A DNA stretch of 64,000 nt from Eledone cirrhosa (taxonomy: Eukaryota). A model generated the notes under the pieces. The model saw nothing but the letters and a program-made list of their open reading frames with translations, did not search any database and had not been told where the DNA came from. The first letter of the stretch is position 1. Every line of letters begins with the position of its first letter. This document shows positions 14,368 through 26,877 of the stretch, one piece after another. The stretch lies in contig OZ024744.1 of the NCBI GenBank assembly GCA_964016885.1, positions 41,478,001 to 41,542,000 of the forward strand. The letters run 5' to 3'. Position numbers and translations under genes: made by a program.

Positions 14368-15076
14368 CTAGCAGAATGGCCCAGCGTTGCTCAGGATTCT
14401 AAACATAGATTGACATGTTTATCCGTCCTTTCTGAAACAGTACAGAGAAGTATGGAATACCTCAGCCTCGGGATGGTGTCTACATTTTGTGCTTATAAAA
14501 AAAATTTGTCGTAGATTACCAGGGTTTTTTTCCGTATAAAGAAAATCAATACTTTATCGCAAAATAAATACTTTTGTTTATATTTTGTTATTTTGTATGC
14601 AAAAAATATCTGTACACAAATAAATAATTATATATATATTAAAATAACAGATTAAAGTTTAAGCAAAGAATTGCTGCTTTCACCCTTGATGGGATATTCT
14701 AAAACTAAAAATATCAATCTGTGAACGCAGAAGTAAATATTTTGAAAAACGTTACACACTATATATATATATACACACACACAGATAGCGAAGTCAATAT
14801 CGTAATGCAGACAGCCAGACATACAGACAGATATTATAAGGGCGCAACGTTATATCTATGTATCTATCTAAAAAAAGAAAGACTAAGACTTATAGAGAGA
14901 GATCGCTAAATCGCCTAATGCGGTCCCTAGGGCATTGAAAATTTGACATATGTTTTGCTCAAAACACTCTCAGGACCTTACGTATTACATGTGTAAAGTT
15001 TGAAAACAATCGGTTGGGTGGTTCTCGAGTTTTAGGGAGTCAGGCAGACAGACATTCTCTGTTTTAGATATATAGA
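14368..15076 (-). mobile_element. Non-autonomous Helitron-like element (Lep1/HINE-like), with an internal TA-associated insertion
   Basis: CTAG terminus at 14368-14371 beside a GC-rich subterminal segment (GCCCAGCGTTGCTCAGG). The opposite end reads AAGTTTGAAAACAATCGG...CAGACAGACA...TATAGA (5' TC on the minus strand), in an A|T context. Confidence 0.6.
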
Positions 15077-15545
15077 TATTATGTAAACATGCTAAATGTA
15101 CATATTTCTCTGGAAATAAAAAAATTGATAAATATAATATCGTTGAAATTTGGACCTAGTTTGGTCATCATCTGAAAGTATGTTATCATCTAAACAACCA
15201 CAAGGAAATACTTAACTTATAGTAGTGTCCTGAAATGGCTGCAGTCTCAGTTACCTTTTTTCTGTATATATATATATATATATAGATATGGCTGGATGCC
15301 CTTCCTAACACCAACCACTTTACAGTGTGGACAGGATGCTTTTTGTCATGACACCTACATGACCGCTTTATAGTGTCGGCTGTTCTATATGAGTAAGACT
15401 CAGTCACCTGACCCAACTTGCCTCTAATGGGACAACCCGTCTAACCCATGCTAGTATGGAAAATGGACGTTAAATAATGATGATGATTATGATGATAACT
15501 ATATTGTACACTTCAATGTACAACTATATATATATATATATATAT

Positions 15546-16195
15546 CGAGGGTAACCACAGTAAGTAAGGTACTCAGTAAATTAGTAGAAATTTAATATAG
15601 TATTGGCTTCTACAGGATTAGAACTGTTTCATTCGAAGGAAATTAAATGACAGTTGGCTTTTCTGATGATTTCCTTCAAATGAAACAACAGTTCTGTAGA
15701 AGCCATTTCTATATTAAATTTAATACATACATATATATATATGATAGAACCAGTTTAAAACTAGTTAACCCATTACTCAACTGAGGCTCTATATCTGAGG
15801 CAGTAAATTATGGCTATATTATAAAGAGTTGGGGGCTGAGTACTTGCTGTTTCAACAGCTAGTTCTGGAACTAGCTGTTGAAGTGGCAAGAGCTCAGCTG
15901 TTGGAACCTGACTCTTTATAATATATATATATATATCAAATGTATATATTGAGTTAGCAACTCAAAATAGTCTCTTACAACAAAATAGCTCTAAGAAAGA
16001 GATATTTCCGAGCTGTATATTATAATAGAATATAAAAGAAAAACAAACACAAAATATACATATATGTGTTAGTATTCTTTTCACCTTAGCGAATCTGGTC
16101 CCTTACGATTTGAACACATATATGTATATATCCGAGTTCGTTTTATTTTTATATTCTATTATAATATACGGCTCGGAAATATCTCTTTCTTAGAG

Positions 16196-16200
<5 letters not shown>
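15546..16200. repeat. Three adjacent short foldback (inverted-repeat) elements separated by (TA)n
   Basis: Arms at about 15589-15645/15670-15721 (with CTGATGA..GAAAC), 15815-15864/15868-15925, and 15986-16070/16113-16200. Confidence 0.75.
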
Positions 16201-16238
<38 letters not shown>

Positions 16239-16517
16239 TGTATGTATTTATATATATAAAAATACATATAAAATATATATTTTAAATATAAGACAATAAA
16301 TATCTGTCATGAAAATATGTCGGTGAATATGAAGAACTATATTTTAAATAAAAATCATACTGTTGTAAAATCATGTTTAATAATTTCTTTTTAATTTCTT
16401 TGATGTAAATCTTTCAAAAAAAAAAAAAGAGAAAAAATAAAATAAAACAAGAATTGCATTTATAATTAAATTCTTTACCGATTCAGCTAATCAAAAATAT
16501 AACAGAGCCATCTTTCA

Positions 16518-17560
16518 TAATTGTTTCTACTATTAGCACAAGGCCAGCAATTATCCCAGTGTAATACTGGTACTTTATTTTATCGACCCCGTAAGGATGA
16601 AAGGCAAAGTTAACCTCGGTGGGATTTGAACTCAGAATGGCAAGGGCCGTAACTCTATGCATCAAAGCATGGCGTCCGACCCTCTACCAATACTGCCAAT
16701 CCACCGCCATCTTTCATAATAATAGTTTCTAATCTTGAATCAAGACAAGCTTTTTGTGGTGAAGGAGAAAGCTGATTAAATCTTCTCCATTATTTGACTG
16801 GTACTTTATTTTATCAACCCCAGAAAGATTAAAGGTAAAGTTGACCTCTGTAGGGTTTGAACTCAGAATGTAGAAACCTGTAACTATATACAGTAAAGCA
16901 TTTTGTTCAATGCTTTACCAATACTGTCAATCCACCTCCTGCATGTAACAGTATAATAATTGTTTCTACTTTTGGCACAAGGCCAGCAATTATCCAGTGT
17001 ATTACTGGTACTTTATTTTATCGACCCCGTAAGGATGAAAGGCAAAGTTAACCCCCAAACAGTATAATAATGGTTTTGAATGTAATTAATTGTGGTGGAG
17101 GAAAAAGTTGATTATATTGACCCCAGTACTTGATTGGTACTATTTTTTGTGACTTGGAAGTATGAAGAACTATAACAAGGCATTGCGGTGAATTAGCAGT
17201 ATTGGTAGAGGGTTGGACGCCATGCTTTCTAGCATAATTACGTCCCTTTACGGTCTGAGTTCAAATCCCACCGAGGTTAACTTTGTTTTTCATTCTTCTG
17301 GTGTTGATAAAATAAAGTACCAGTAATGTACTGAAATTGCTGGCCTTGTGCTAAAAGTAGAAACAATTATAGTAATTCTTTCTACTTTTGGCACAAGGCC
17401 AGCAATTATCCCAGTGCATTACTAGTACTTTATTTTATCAACACCAGAGGAATGAAAGGCAAAGTTATACTGCTAAGGCCAATGTTGCCTTTCCTCCTCT
17501 GGGATTGATCAAATTTCCTATCCCCTAAAAATTGCTGGCCTTGTGTTTAAATTAGAAAAC
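16518..17560. mobile_element. Cluster of at least 5 SINE family A copies or fragments in both orientations
   Basis: Repeated core ACTGGTACTTTATTTTATCGACCCCGTAAGGATGAAAGGCAAAGTTAAC and its reverse complement. Confidence 0.85.
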
Positions 17561-18029
17561 ATTATTTTAATAATAGAAACAGTGAGGAATAAAATAACCT
17601 TTCCAGATGGAAGATGTGTATCAGAAGGCATGTATTGTTTTCTTCTTTCTTCTTTCCAGACGGTTTTGGAAAGAGTTGTTCTATTTTGGTAAAGGAATAC
17701 GAAAATGAAAGAAAACCAAAACTATTTCGTTGACCAATATCCAGAAAAGGTAAAAATAGATTTACAATAGACAAAAAAGCTTTATATATAAACTAAGTAG
17801 TTTATTTTTACACATTAAACAAACTTCGATGATAAATTATGAAATAATAAGAATGTATCAGTAAATGAGCAGAGTATCACTCAAAGAGAGAAAAATAGAT
17901 GACCAAAGAAGTTGATGAGAATAGAGCCAGTAATCAATGTTGTGAAGAGAACTGGAATCAGATGTTTGAATCATGTGTTGAGGAAGGATGAGAAGGATAT
18001 AATGGACAACTTTGACATCCCCATGTCCT

Positions 18030-18400
18030 CATTAATACTCCCTAGCAGCTATCCCTACCATCAATACATACACCTCACTCAACTTATGCTCCTTCCAGCA
18101 TTCACTCTTTAGCTGCTTCCCCCTCAAAATCCCTTAGATACCCTCACTATCTTCACTGTTATGCACCCCCACCTATGCCCATTCCACTAGCAGCTATCCT
18201 CACCATCACTACACACCCCATGCCATCCCCTCCTTTTTCACTCCTTAGCTGCTTCCCCCCACTAAAGCCCTCATTTACCTTCACGATCATACCCTAGTAG
18301 CTAATCTCTTCACCCCAATCCACCGCACCAGTCCTCCCTCCGCTGTCACTCCTTAGCTGTTCTCTCCATCACTACACCTCCTGTTCTCAGCACTGACATG
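18030..18400. repeat. Degenerate C-rich tandem repeat (~110-150 bp unit)
   Basis: Recurring CTAGCAGCTATCC ... CACTCCTTAGCTGCTTCCCC motifs, three times. Confidence 0.6.
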
Positions 18401-19639
18401 TGCCACCCTTCCTCCAGTGTTCTCACCACTGCACCCCTTTCCCCCCCTCATCACCATGTCAAATCACATTACACTAGCTATGACTTCATACTTATCTTCC
18501 TCCTATCACCCCTACCTCTACAGAGTAGAAGGGTTCTTTCATTGAGACAAGGACCAACCTAGTACACTCTGTAAGGTGGTTGTTGACAGGTAGGGCACCC
18601 CACTGTAGAAACCATGCCTATAAAAAAAGGGTTGAGAGTACCCTTCAGTCATGTCACAGTGCGACGACCTTTCTAGTATTGATCTACATGGTAAATGCAC
18701 CTACTACATGCTGTAAAGTGGTTGGTATTAGGAAGGGCATTCAACCATATAAAGCTTGTCAAAGAAAGGGTTAGGAGTAGCCACTAGTTGTGTCAAAGTC
18801 ATGACAACTTCTTCTCCTGTGTATTTGATAGAATTTGAGAATGTATGAAAGTAAAATACAGACATCTGTAGCCCCACATCAGAACTGATTTGGTCTATGT
18901 AGACCCATTGAACTCTTGCTAGCAGGGAAAGTGGATGTTAAACGATGATATTGATAATGATGATGATGATATACACACTCACACACACATACACACACAC
19001 ATACACACACATATATATATATGTATACACATATATACACTAAATATATATATATATTATATATATGTCTGTGTGAGTGGTATTGATGCAGACATATACA
19101 TAGATGTACGTATACATACATATGCACATGTACACATATAACTCAAAACATACACTACACATGCAAAAATGTCTATACCTGCACACACACAAACACAAAC
19201 AGACAGGCATACATATTTACTTATTGGTAAAAATTTATAGAATAAAAAAACCAGAACCCACCCACATATATACACACATACATGCACACATACTTATATA
19301 CATACATATATGCATACATACATGCATATATACATACATTCATGAATACATACATACATACATACATACACTCATACATAATGTCAGAGTACGAAATAAG
19401 AGAGATAGACAAAGATATATGTTTACTTGTATGACTATATATATATGTACAAACTAGCATAAACAAGTAGAAAATAATGTATTAATGTATAACAGGTAAA
19501 TTAGAGAAGACAACTGAACAAAGAATATTTTTTAGAAACACTCTTTTTTGTATAAACTAAACACCAGACAATCAAGCCATTGCATTGAGCATCTAAGATT
19601 AGCTAGTAATGAAATGTATTATCCAATGGCATTCACCAA

Positions 19640-19895
19640 TCATTTTGCAGATATTTATCAAACATTTTATCAAACATTTAACTCAACATTTAACCAAGCA
19701 TTCACCAAACACCCACCAAACATTTAATCAAATGTTTATCAAACATTTACCGAACAATTACTCAATATTTAATCAAATATTTACCAAACTTTTAATCAAA
19801 CAGTCCTCAAATGTTTATCAAATACTTAATCCAACATTTAATCAAACATTCATTCAAACATTTACCAAATATTCATCAAATGTTATCAAACATTA
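19640..19895. repeat. Degenerate minisatellite (~11-12 bp subunit, CAAACATTTAAT/CAAATGTTTAT)
   Basis: Direct reading of about 20 imperfect units. Confidence 0.7.
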
Positions 19896-20138
19896 TTACA
19901 CATTTTAATAGCAATTACTTTATATATATAAGTTTCATTTTAATTTGGACAGTTATCAAAAGGATTTCAAGATGCTTAATCAAACATTTTGTTAATTGTA
20001 AACAGTTTGAGCAAAAATAAAACTTCAAATGTGTATGGAATGCAATTCTTTTAATACATTTTGACAGCAAAGAGAAAGAAAAAATAATAATGTAACAGCA
20101 GCAATAATTTAAAGTATCAATATGCCATGCTCTCTTAC

Positions 20139-20247
20139 CATCATCCATAATTGCTGTAGTTATGTTTTTTCCAGTAAAGCCTTTTGACCAGGCCATATTC
20201 ACATTCAAGTCTAACCCATCAATACCACCTGATTGACCAGTATTTTT
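20139..20247 (-). CDS. PCSK2: Prohormone convertase 2 (neuroendocrine convertase 2) coding exon, start of the subtilisin-like catalytic domain including the catalytic Asp
   Basis: 109-bp exon with acceptor ttttcttcag and donor gtaaga. Encodes KNTGQSGGIDGLDLNVNMAWSKGFTGKNITTAIMDD(G), matching the PC2 signature NTGQ.GG...LDLNV..AW..G.TGK..T.AIMDDG. Joins the 43795-43986 exon in phase 0. Confidence 0.93.
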
Positions 20248-20362
20248 CTGAAGAAAAGAAAAACAAAACATAAATTACCTAGCATATAAACACACACACA
20301 CATATACACAACTGGCCTCAGCACACAAACTCTGTCTACTAGACTTCAGACATCACTATCTG

Positions 20363-20396
<34 letters not shown>

Positions 20397-20399
<3 letters not shown>

Positions 20400-20709
20400 G
20401 AAAACAGGGAGAAAGAGACGATTATTAGGAAGAAAAATATTTTTTTTTCCCTTTTTTTATTTCTCTCTCTCTTTTTTTCTGGGTTAGAAAATGATTAAAA
20501 CGAAATGTTTTACTTTGTATGAAGTGTAACGGTATTAGTTGATTTATTTATTATTTAACAATGGCATTTATTTATCTATTTATATATTTAATAATTGTCT
20601 ATTACCGGTTTCAGCATTTTTATGCATTATCAAATGATAGTGAAATGTATTAGTGTGGTGTCGCACATGTTAAACAGAAGGTGCAGAAAGAATAATGTTA
20701 TTTACAAAC

Positions 20710-20745
<36 letters not shown>

Positions 20746-20908
20746 GTGCATAATGTTGAGCATAAAAAGTCAATGTGAAAGAAAAAATAATGTTATTTAC
20801 AGGCATAGTTCTTGAAGTTAAGCAGATCAAAATGTGTTAATATAGCAAGAGTGCTTAGTTGAACCATGGTTCCATGATGGAGGCAAATGGTGGACTGAGG
20901 TTTGATAT
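20397..20908 (-). mobile_element. ~510-bp TA-flanked non-coding element with HHR-like motif; second copy at 47322-47840
   Basis: Near-identical to 47322-47840. Minus strand 20599-20640 reads TTGATAA-tgcat(aaaa)atgct-GAAA-CCGG-TA. Confidence 0.7.
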
Positions 20909-20920
20909 ATATATATATAT

Positions 20921-20993
<73 letters not shown>

Positions 20994-21097
20994 GTTTAAC
21001 GTCCATTTTCCACGATAGCATGGGTTAGACGGATGCCCAATGCTCTAACCACTAAGCCATGTGCCTTATATATATATATATAGAGAGAGAGAGGGAG

Positions 21098-21400
21098 CAT
21101 TGGGCTTGCAAGTGAAAGGTTGTGAGTTCAATTCTCAGACCGGGTGATGTGTTGTTTCCACTTTATTTCACATTGCTCCAGTTTACTCAGCTGTAGAAAT
21201 GAGATGGTAGGGACTGGGGTCCCTATCATTCCACTGTAAAGTGGTCGTGGAGGTGCCATGGCAAAAAAGCACCCAGCACTCACTGTAAATGAGGTTGGTG
21301 TTAGGAAGGGCATCCAGCTGTAGAAATCAAGCCAGAATCAGTTCCCGTTGCACCCTTGCAAGCAAGGAAAAGTGGACGTAAAATGATGATGATGATGATA
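21098..21400 (+). mobile_element. SINE family B copy
   Basis: Matches 9505-9847 and 40361-40670; RTE-type tail with (ATG)n. Confidence 0.85.
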
Positions 21401-21524
21401 TATATATATTAACATCCAAAACTATAATGATTCTCAGAAGACAGCCGATGAGCAGGAACTGTCTGTCTGTCAGTCTGTCTTTAATTTTCTCTGACTTTTC
21501 TCCCTCTCTCTCTCTCTGTATGTG

Positions 21525-21634
<110 letters not shown>

Positions 21635-21958
21635 AAGAGATTGATAGAAAATTTCTGGGTATAGATAACAGAATACATGAATATATATGCTTTTCTGAAG
21701 CGAATGGGTATGGAGTTACATAACTGCCACATCGATAATTGTGGTCTGTACATCGATAATTGTGTGCTCTGAATTGATAATAAAACAATGGTTTAATTAT
21801 CTACTTCACCTTGTCTTATCTTCCATTGTTTAACATATATATCTAACTCTGTAGTTTTGAATATTCAACAACATGTACGAGAATACAATCTTTCCACAAA
21901 AACAGATTTCCCCTTGCTTTGATGGGATACTCACATCAATGCTACACCGATAACTATA

Positions 21959-22590
21959 CACGAGGTGTGTCAGAAAAGTTCCAGGACTGATGTCACAAAA
22001 GATTTATTTCAAACCCAAACTTCACACTAAGAGTTTTCTCCTTCAAAGTAATCCCCCTGGAGTATGTAACTGTAATCTTAGCTTTCTACAGCGATCAAAC
22101 TGTTTTGTACATAAGTTTATATATATGTCCTCTGTTTCAGGTCGTCAAGCAATGAGCACAGAGCAACGAACAAACTTGAAAACTCCGTCAGAAGCACTGG
22201 GATTGCTGCAAGTGTATGGAGATGAGACAATGTCACGCTCACGTGTTTTTGAGTGGTGCAAGAGGTTTAAAGAAGGATGCGAGGACATGGATGATGACCC
22301 CATGAGCGGAAGGCCCTCAACAACCAGGACTGAGGTCAAGGTTGAGCGCATCACGCAGATGGTGCATAGCGATCGTCGGCTGACTGTTCCACTGATGGCA
22401 AATGAGCTGGACATGAATCGGGACAGCGTCTGGAAGATTCTCACTGAAGATTTGGACATGCGGAAAGTCTGCGCAATGATCGTGCCAAAACTGCTGAATG
22501 ATGACCAGAAGGGTCGACGCATGCAAGTGTGCCAGGACATCCTCGAGCGTCTTGAAACCGAACCACACTTGTTAGGGACAGTCATCACTT
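21959..22590 (+). mobile_element. Mariner transposon 5' half (TIR + transposase HTH region, truncated before the DDD domain)
   Basis: TIR-like CGAGGTGTGTCAGAAAAGTTCC following TA. Protein ..MSRSRVFEWCKRFKEG.EDMDDDPMSGRPST..DRRLTV..LDMRKVCAMIVPKLLNDDQKGRR..VIT (WVP(R/K)-like linker). Confidence 0.92.
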
Positions 22591-22832
22591 ACTCACCACC
22601 ACCACAAGCATACTCTGTACTTACATGATCTCACTTATCCTCATTTATTTCTTTATATTTTCCATTTTCTTACTTTTTTAATGTATTTTTTCTTATCTTT
22701 TAGTTTTTACGTTTTACATCTGTAACTTCTCTACCTATTTATCATATATATTTTATTATTGATGTTATTGTTTTGATTATACACTATTCTTTTATATATA
22801 TCTTGCCTCGAGTGAATTATTTTTATATCTTC

Positions 22833-22943
22833 GTATTCTGATGAGTTGATCAGAGGTAAAATATGTAATGGAGATCGAGTGACGCAACTTCAAGCGATTA
22901 GTGACCTCTAGACTCACCTGATCAATGAAACAATTGTCAATAC
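22833..22943 (+). ncRNA. Type I hammerhead ribozyme with very long stem II
   Basis: Stem I GTATT/AATAC; core CTGATGA; stem II GTTGATCAG...CTGATCAAT with an ~64-nt interior; GAAA; palindromic stem III ACAATTGT; GUC cleavage triplet. Confidence 0.85.
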
Positions 22944-22996
22944 CTGAAATAAAGCCCCTTATTGTACAGCCAACCATGTTACTCTTCATTCTTTCA

Positions 22997-23027
<31 letters not shown>

Positions 23028-23465
23028 AAGTTTGCAATGCAGAGGCTGGGAAGACCAACAATCAGAGTAGTACTCTATGTATGAGAAAAAGCAGAGTGGG
23101 TATAAAGGAAAGTAAGACTTGACTGTGAAGCCTAGCATTTCAGCTTGTATTCAGCAAGTCATTTCAAGAGTGAATCTTGGTTATACAAGTGAAACTGGTA
23201 GACATTGTGGTTACGTTTATTACCTTCCCTTATGTGAGTGTGTTCTGTTATTAATTCTGGCAATATTACACAAATATGACCCTCCCCAAGTATAACAATA
23301 TATATATATATATATATATATCCCATTAAGGGTGAAAGCAGCGATTCTTTGCTTAAACTTTAATCTGTTATTTTAATAAATATTTGTTCTTATATATTTG
23401 ATATATATTTATCCTTATCGAGCCCTCTTTGGCACATTTATTATTTTCATTTTATATATATATAC

Positions 23466-23540
<75 letters not shown>

Positions 23541-23560
23541 AAATTTAAAAATTAGAAATA

Positions 23561-24151
23561 AGAGGGATCAGATGTTGTTTACTCGAGAGAAGACTACGTT
23601 GGTATGGTCACGTGATGCGCATGAAAGACGACAGCTGTATAAAAAAGTGCAGGGCAATAAAAATAGACGGTAGCCACGGACGACTTGATAAATTCCGGCC
23701 TCACACACTTACACCTCTCCAAGACAATGTCACTGGACCGAGATCTTTGGCGCTACACAGTAATAGAGAAGACCCGCCTTACCTAAGTACAAAGTGAAAC
23801 CTACTACAGTCAGTAGGCACCTCTAACAAAATACACCCCCGTCCCACTACCCCCATCCCTTCCACACCACCCCTTTCAATGTAAAGTTATGTTGGTACCA
23901 CAACATCCAGCCCGAAACAAATGAGGTCGTGTAGGTGTCACGACAAAAAAACACACAGTTCACGCTGTAATGTGGCCGTGTAGGTAACACGGTAAAAACC
24001 TCCCAGTTCCACACTGTAAATGTGGTTGGTGTTAGGAAGGGCAACCCGCCAGATAGTCCTATGCGAGCAAGACAACCACTCTTGCCTCAAGTGGGAAAAC
24101 TCCCGTCAAAACCCATGCAAGCGTGGAATATGGACGTTAAACGACGACGAC

Positions 24152-24190
<39 letters not shown>
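23561..24190 (+). mobile_element. RTE LINE 3' end with long 3' UTR (same family as 63255-64000)
   Basis: RGIRCCLLERRLRWYGHVMRMKDDSCIKKC, a 3' UTR with ~43-bp repeats, and a (GAT)n tail. Confidence 0.9.
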
Positions 24191-24326
24191 ATATATATAT
24201 ATATATATCATCATCATCATCATCATATGAAAATTATATATAATGAAAATATATATATATAATGAAAATAAACTTTAATCTGTTAGGAAGGTAAAAAACG
24301 TAACCACAATGTCTACCAGTTTAACT

Positions 24327-24360
<34 letters not shown>

Positions 24361-24361
<1 letters not shown>

Positions 24362-26877
24362 TAAAGAAGAAATTAAAAGATGGTTAAAAGAGTTCCATAT
24401 ATTTTATTATGCTCATTTCGAATACAAAATCATCCTGGGACAAAATTTGTGTTTCCATCAGATAAAATAAGGTAACATATGAGGCATAATAGCACTTGTT
24501 AGGAAAGTGCTAAGTCTACATATGACAGAAATATAAGTGTTAATACTATAGTAAGAAATAGATAGGAAAATAGAGGAAAGGAAAGAAAAGGAGAAAAAGG
24601 AAAAAGAAAGAGAAGAAAAAAAGAAGAAAAAAAGGGAGAGAGAGAAAGAGTGAGAGAGACTTTTGATCAGGAATGGTGTCAAAATGAAAACAGCTGTAAA
24701 TAACGGTTAAAAAGTAAATTGATGAGGTGTATGTGCGAATATTATAGACGGTATTCAAATATTAGAGGCCTAAATATAGAAACTGGGTATATTATTTTAT
24801 ATTGGGTTTAAATACTAAAAATTGGATTAAGAAGTGTAAAAATATATTAATAAAATAAAATAATTATAAATATAAAAAAGATTTTTATAAAACAAAATAA
24901 AAATAGTCAAAATTAATCATTTCTAGTAAAAATCTATATATGTGGGGTATACTGTTTAATTATTATTTTATATAAACAAGTAATAAAGGAAATTGCTAGA
25001 AAGATTTATAAACCTAGAAAAATCTATGACGTCATCATTTGTTTACAAAATCTACGAAGGTTTGAACGAAAATTTAAGGCTATAGAAAAAAGGTCAAAGG
25101 CTTAATATATGCTGAGAAAACCAAATTAATACATTGTAGAATATAATGAAAGATGACCGTGATTCGTGGAGTATGTTATAGGACATCAGCTATATACTTT
25201 GTGAAAGGTGTTGTAGGATTTATGATTACAAAATCCAAATAAATCGGTTCTTCGATTTATTATTGGTTGAAATTCGAGATAATGGTAAATTTTTCAACTA
25301 GACATAAATTACAAACATTAGATATGGAAGCATTGGAGTATGTAGAAGAATGATTATAGAATCTTGCTTTAAAAGAGGTAGAAGTAGAGCCAATGTAGGT
25401 GTAGGTGTTGGTACTAGTTACCACTTTACATTCGTATACTAGGTTTTTATCGCGACAGAAATTACTAAGAGGACAATTGTTCTATTAGGGCAGTTGCATT
25501 TACGATTAAGATTATTTACAGTGTTATTTGCAAGTGGCCCAGGATTAATTATATTAGGATCTGGAGTGATGGAATTAACTAAAGGAGGTGATAAAGTTTC
25601 CAGATTTACATTACTATTTGATGTATTCCTCAAAGTTACGTTTGACGTCGTATTTATACTTGTGTTATTTTGCCTAGAGTTTACATTGACGTCGGGCCTT
25701 ATAGTGTTATTATTATGACTCTCATGGTTGGATGTATATGAGTCATTATTTAATAATTATGTCTTGAGATAATTTTAGAAATGTTCGAAGTAGTAGAATA
25801 CGAGAATGTAATAGTATGCCTATTGAAAATCTTGCTATATATATGTGAAGGAGGGAAGCTGTTATGTAAGGCCCTAAAAAGTAATTTAGGGATATTATTA
25901 ATAACGGCAAGAGAGAAGGGAGCTGTATCAAAGGATATTTTTATATCTAGGTCTCCTTTTGTTAGCAGTATGATTATTACTAGCTACATTACTAGAGTTA
26001 TTATAAACTCTGCCAAGATTAAGTTCTTTAGTATACCTAATTTTGACTAGATATCCAGCTCTAGATAGGGCATTATTATAATAGATGGCATTAGCTTCGA
26101 AGATATCTTTATTAGAGGATAAATTAGAAATTCTTTTTTCTACACTTTTGACTATAGCAGTTTTAACATTATTAGGGTGGTTAGATTTAAAGTTAATGTA
26201 ATTTAAGTTCTCGTTATCCTTATGATATGGGTAATATAGGCCGGTATCTAGATTAAGGAAATTTGCTAGTTTAACATTATTCTCGAATTCAATTTTTAAG
26301 TTAAGATGCTTAAATAGATCAAGTATAATTTTCTTAATTATATTAAAGTTTACATTGTTACAATTAGAGACAGTTTCTATATTTAGGCCTCTAATATTTG
26401 AATACCGTCTATAATATTCGCACATACACCTCATCAATTTACTTTTTAACCGTTATTTACAGCTGTTTTCATTTTGACAGCATTCCTGATCAAAAGTCTT
26501 TCTCTCTTCCTTTTTTCCTCTCTTTTCTTCTCTTTCTTTTTCCTTTTTCTCCTTTTCTTTCCTTTCCTCTATTTTTCTACCTATTTCTTACTATAGTATT
26601 AATACTTATATTTCAGTCATATTTAGACTTAGCACTTTCCTATAAACAAGTGCTATTATGCCTCATATCATGTTACCTTATTTCATCTGAAGAGAACACA
26701 ATTTTTGTCCCAGGATGATTTTGTATTCGAAATGCGCATAATAAAATATATGGAACTCTTTTAACCATCTTTTAATTTCTTCTTTATTATATATACTCCA
26801 GTTCTACCAACTGTTGAGTGCTACTTATCTGATATATGCATAGTTTTATTGTTCTACAATATTACTCACCTTCTACA
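24361..26877 (-). mobile_element. 5'-truncated Penelope-like element (Naiad/Neptune-type) with inverted pseudo-LTRs
   Basis: ~420-bp inverted arms at 24361-24787 and 26371-26787. Internal minus-strand remnants: RT thumb (YYPYHKDNENLNYINFKSNHP..KSVEKRISNLSS..ALSRAGY), Cys linker CNCPNRT/CPLSNFC, GIY-YIG LVYECKV..YIGSTSTSFKARFYNH, and CNLCL. Both ends abut (TA)n. Confidence 0.92.
26680..26747 (+). ncRNA. Type I hammerhead ribozyme in the PLE pseudo-LTR (mutated twin at 24401-24468, minus strand)
   Basis: atttcat-CTGAAGA-gaacacaa...ttgtattc-GAAA-TGCGCA-TA-ataaaat. Palindromic stem III ATGCGCAT. Confidence 0.8.

Noticed and set aside
18879-19466. ORFs rich in YI/HT/CV dipeptides (also at 21327-21788, 30589, 32440, 36061-36378, 42356-42653, 45337-46175)
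   Set aside because: Translations of (TA)n, (CA)n and (GA)n microsatellites; not genes.
19915-20271. 118-aa ORF as a complete protein
   Set aside because: Only 20139-20247 is exon; the rest is intron read-through beyond clear splice sites.
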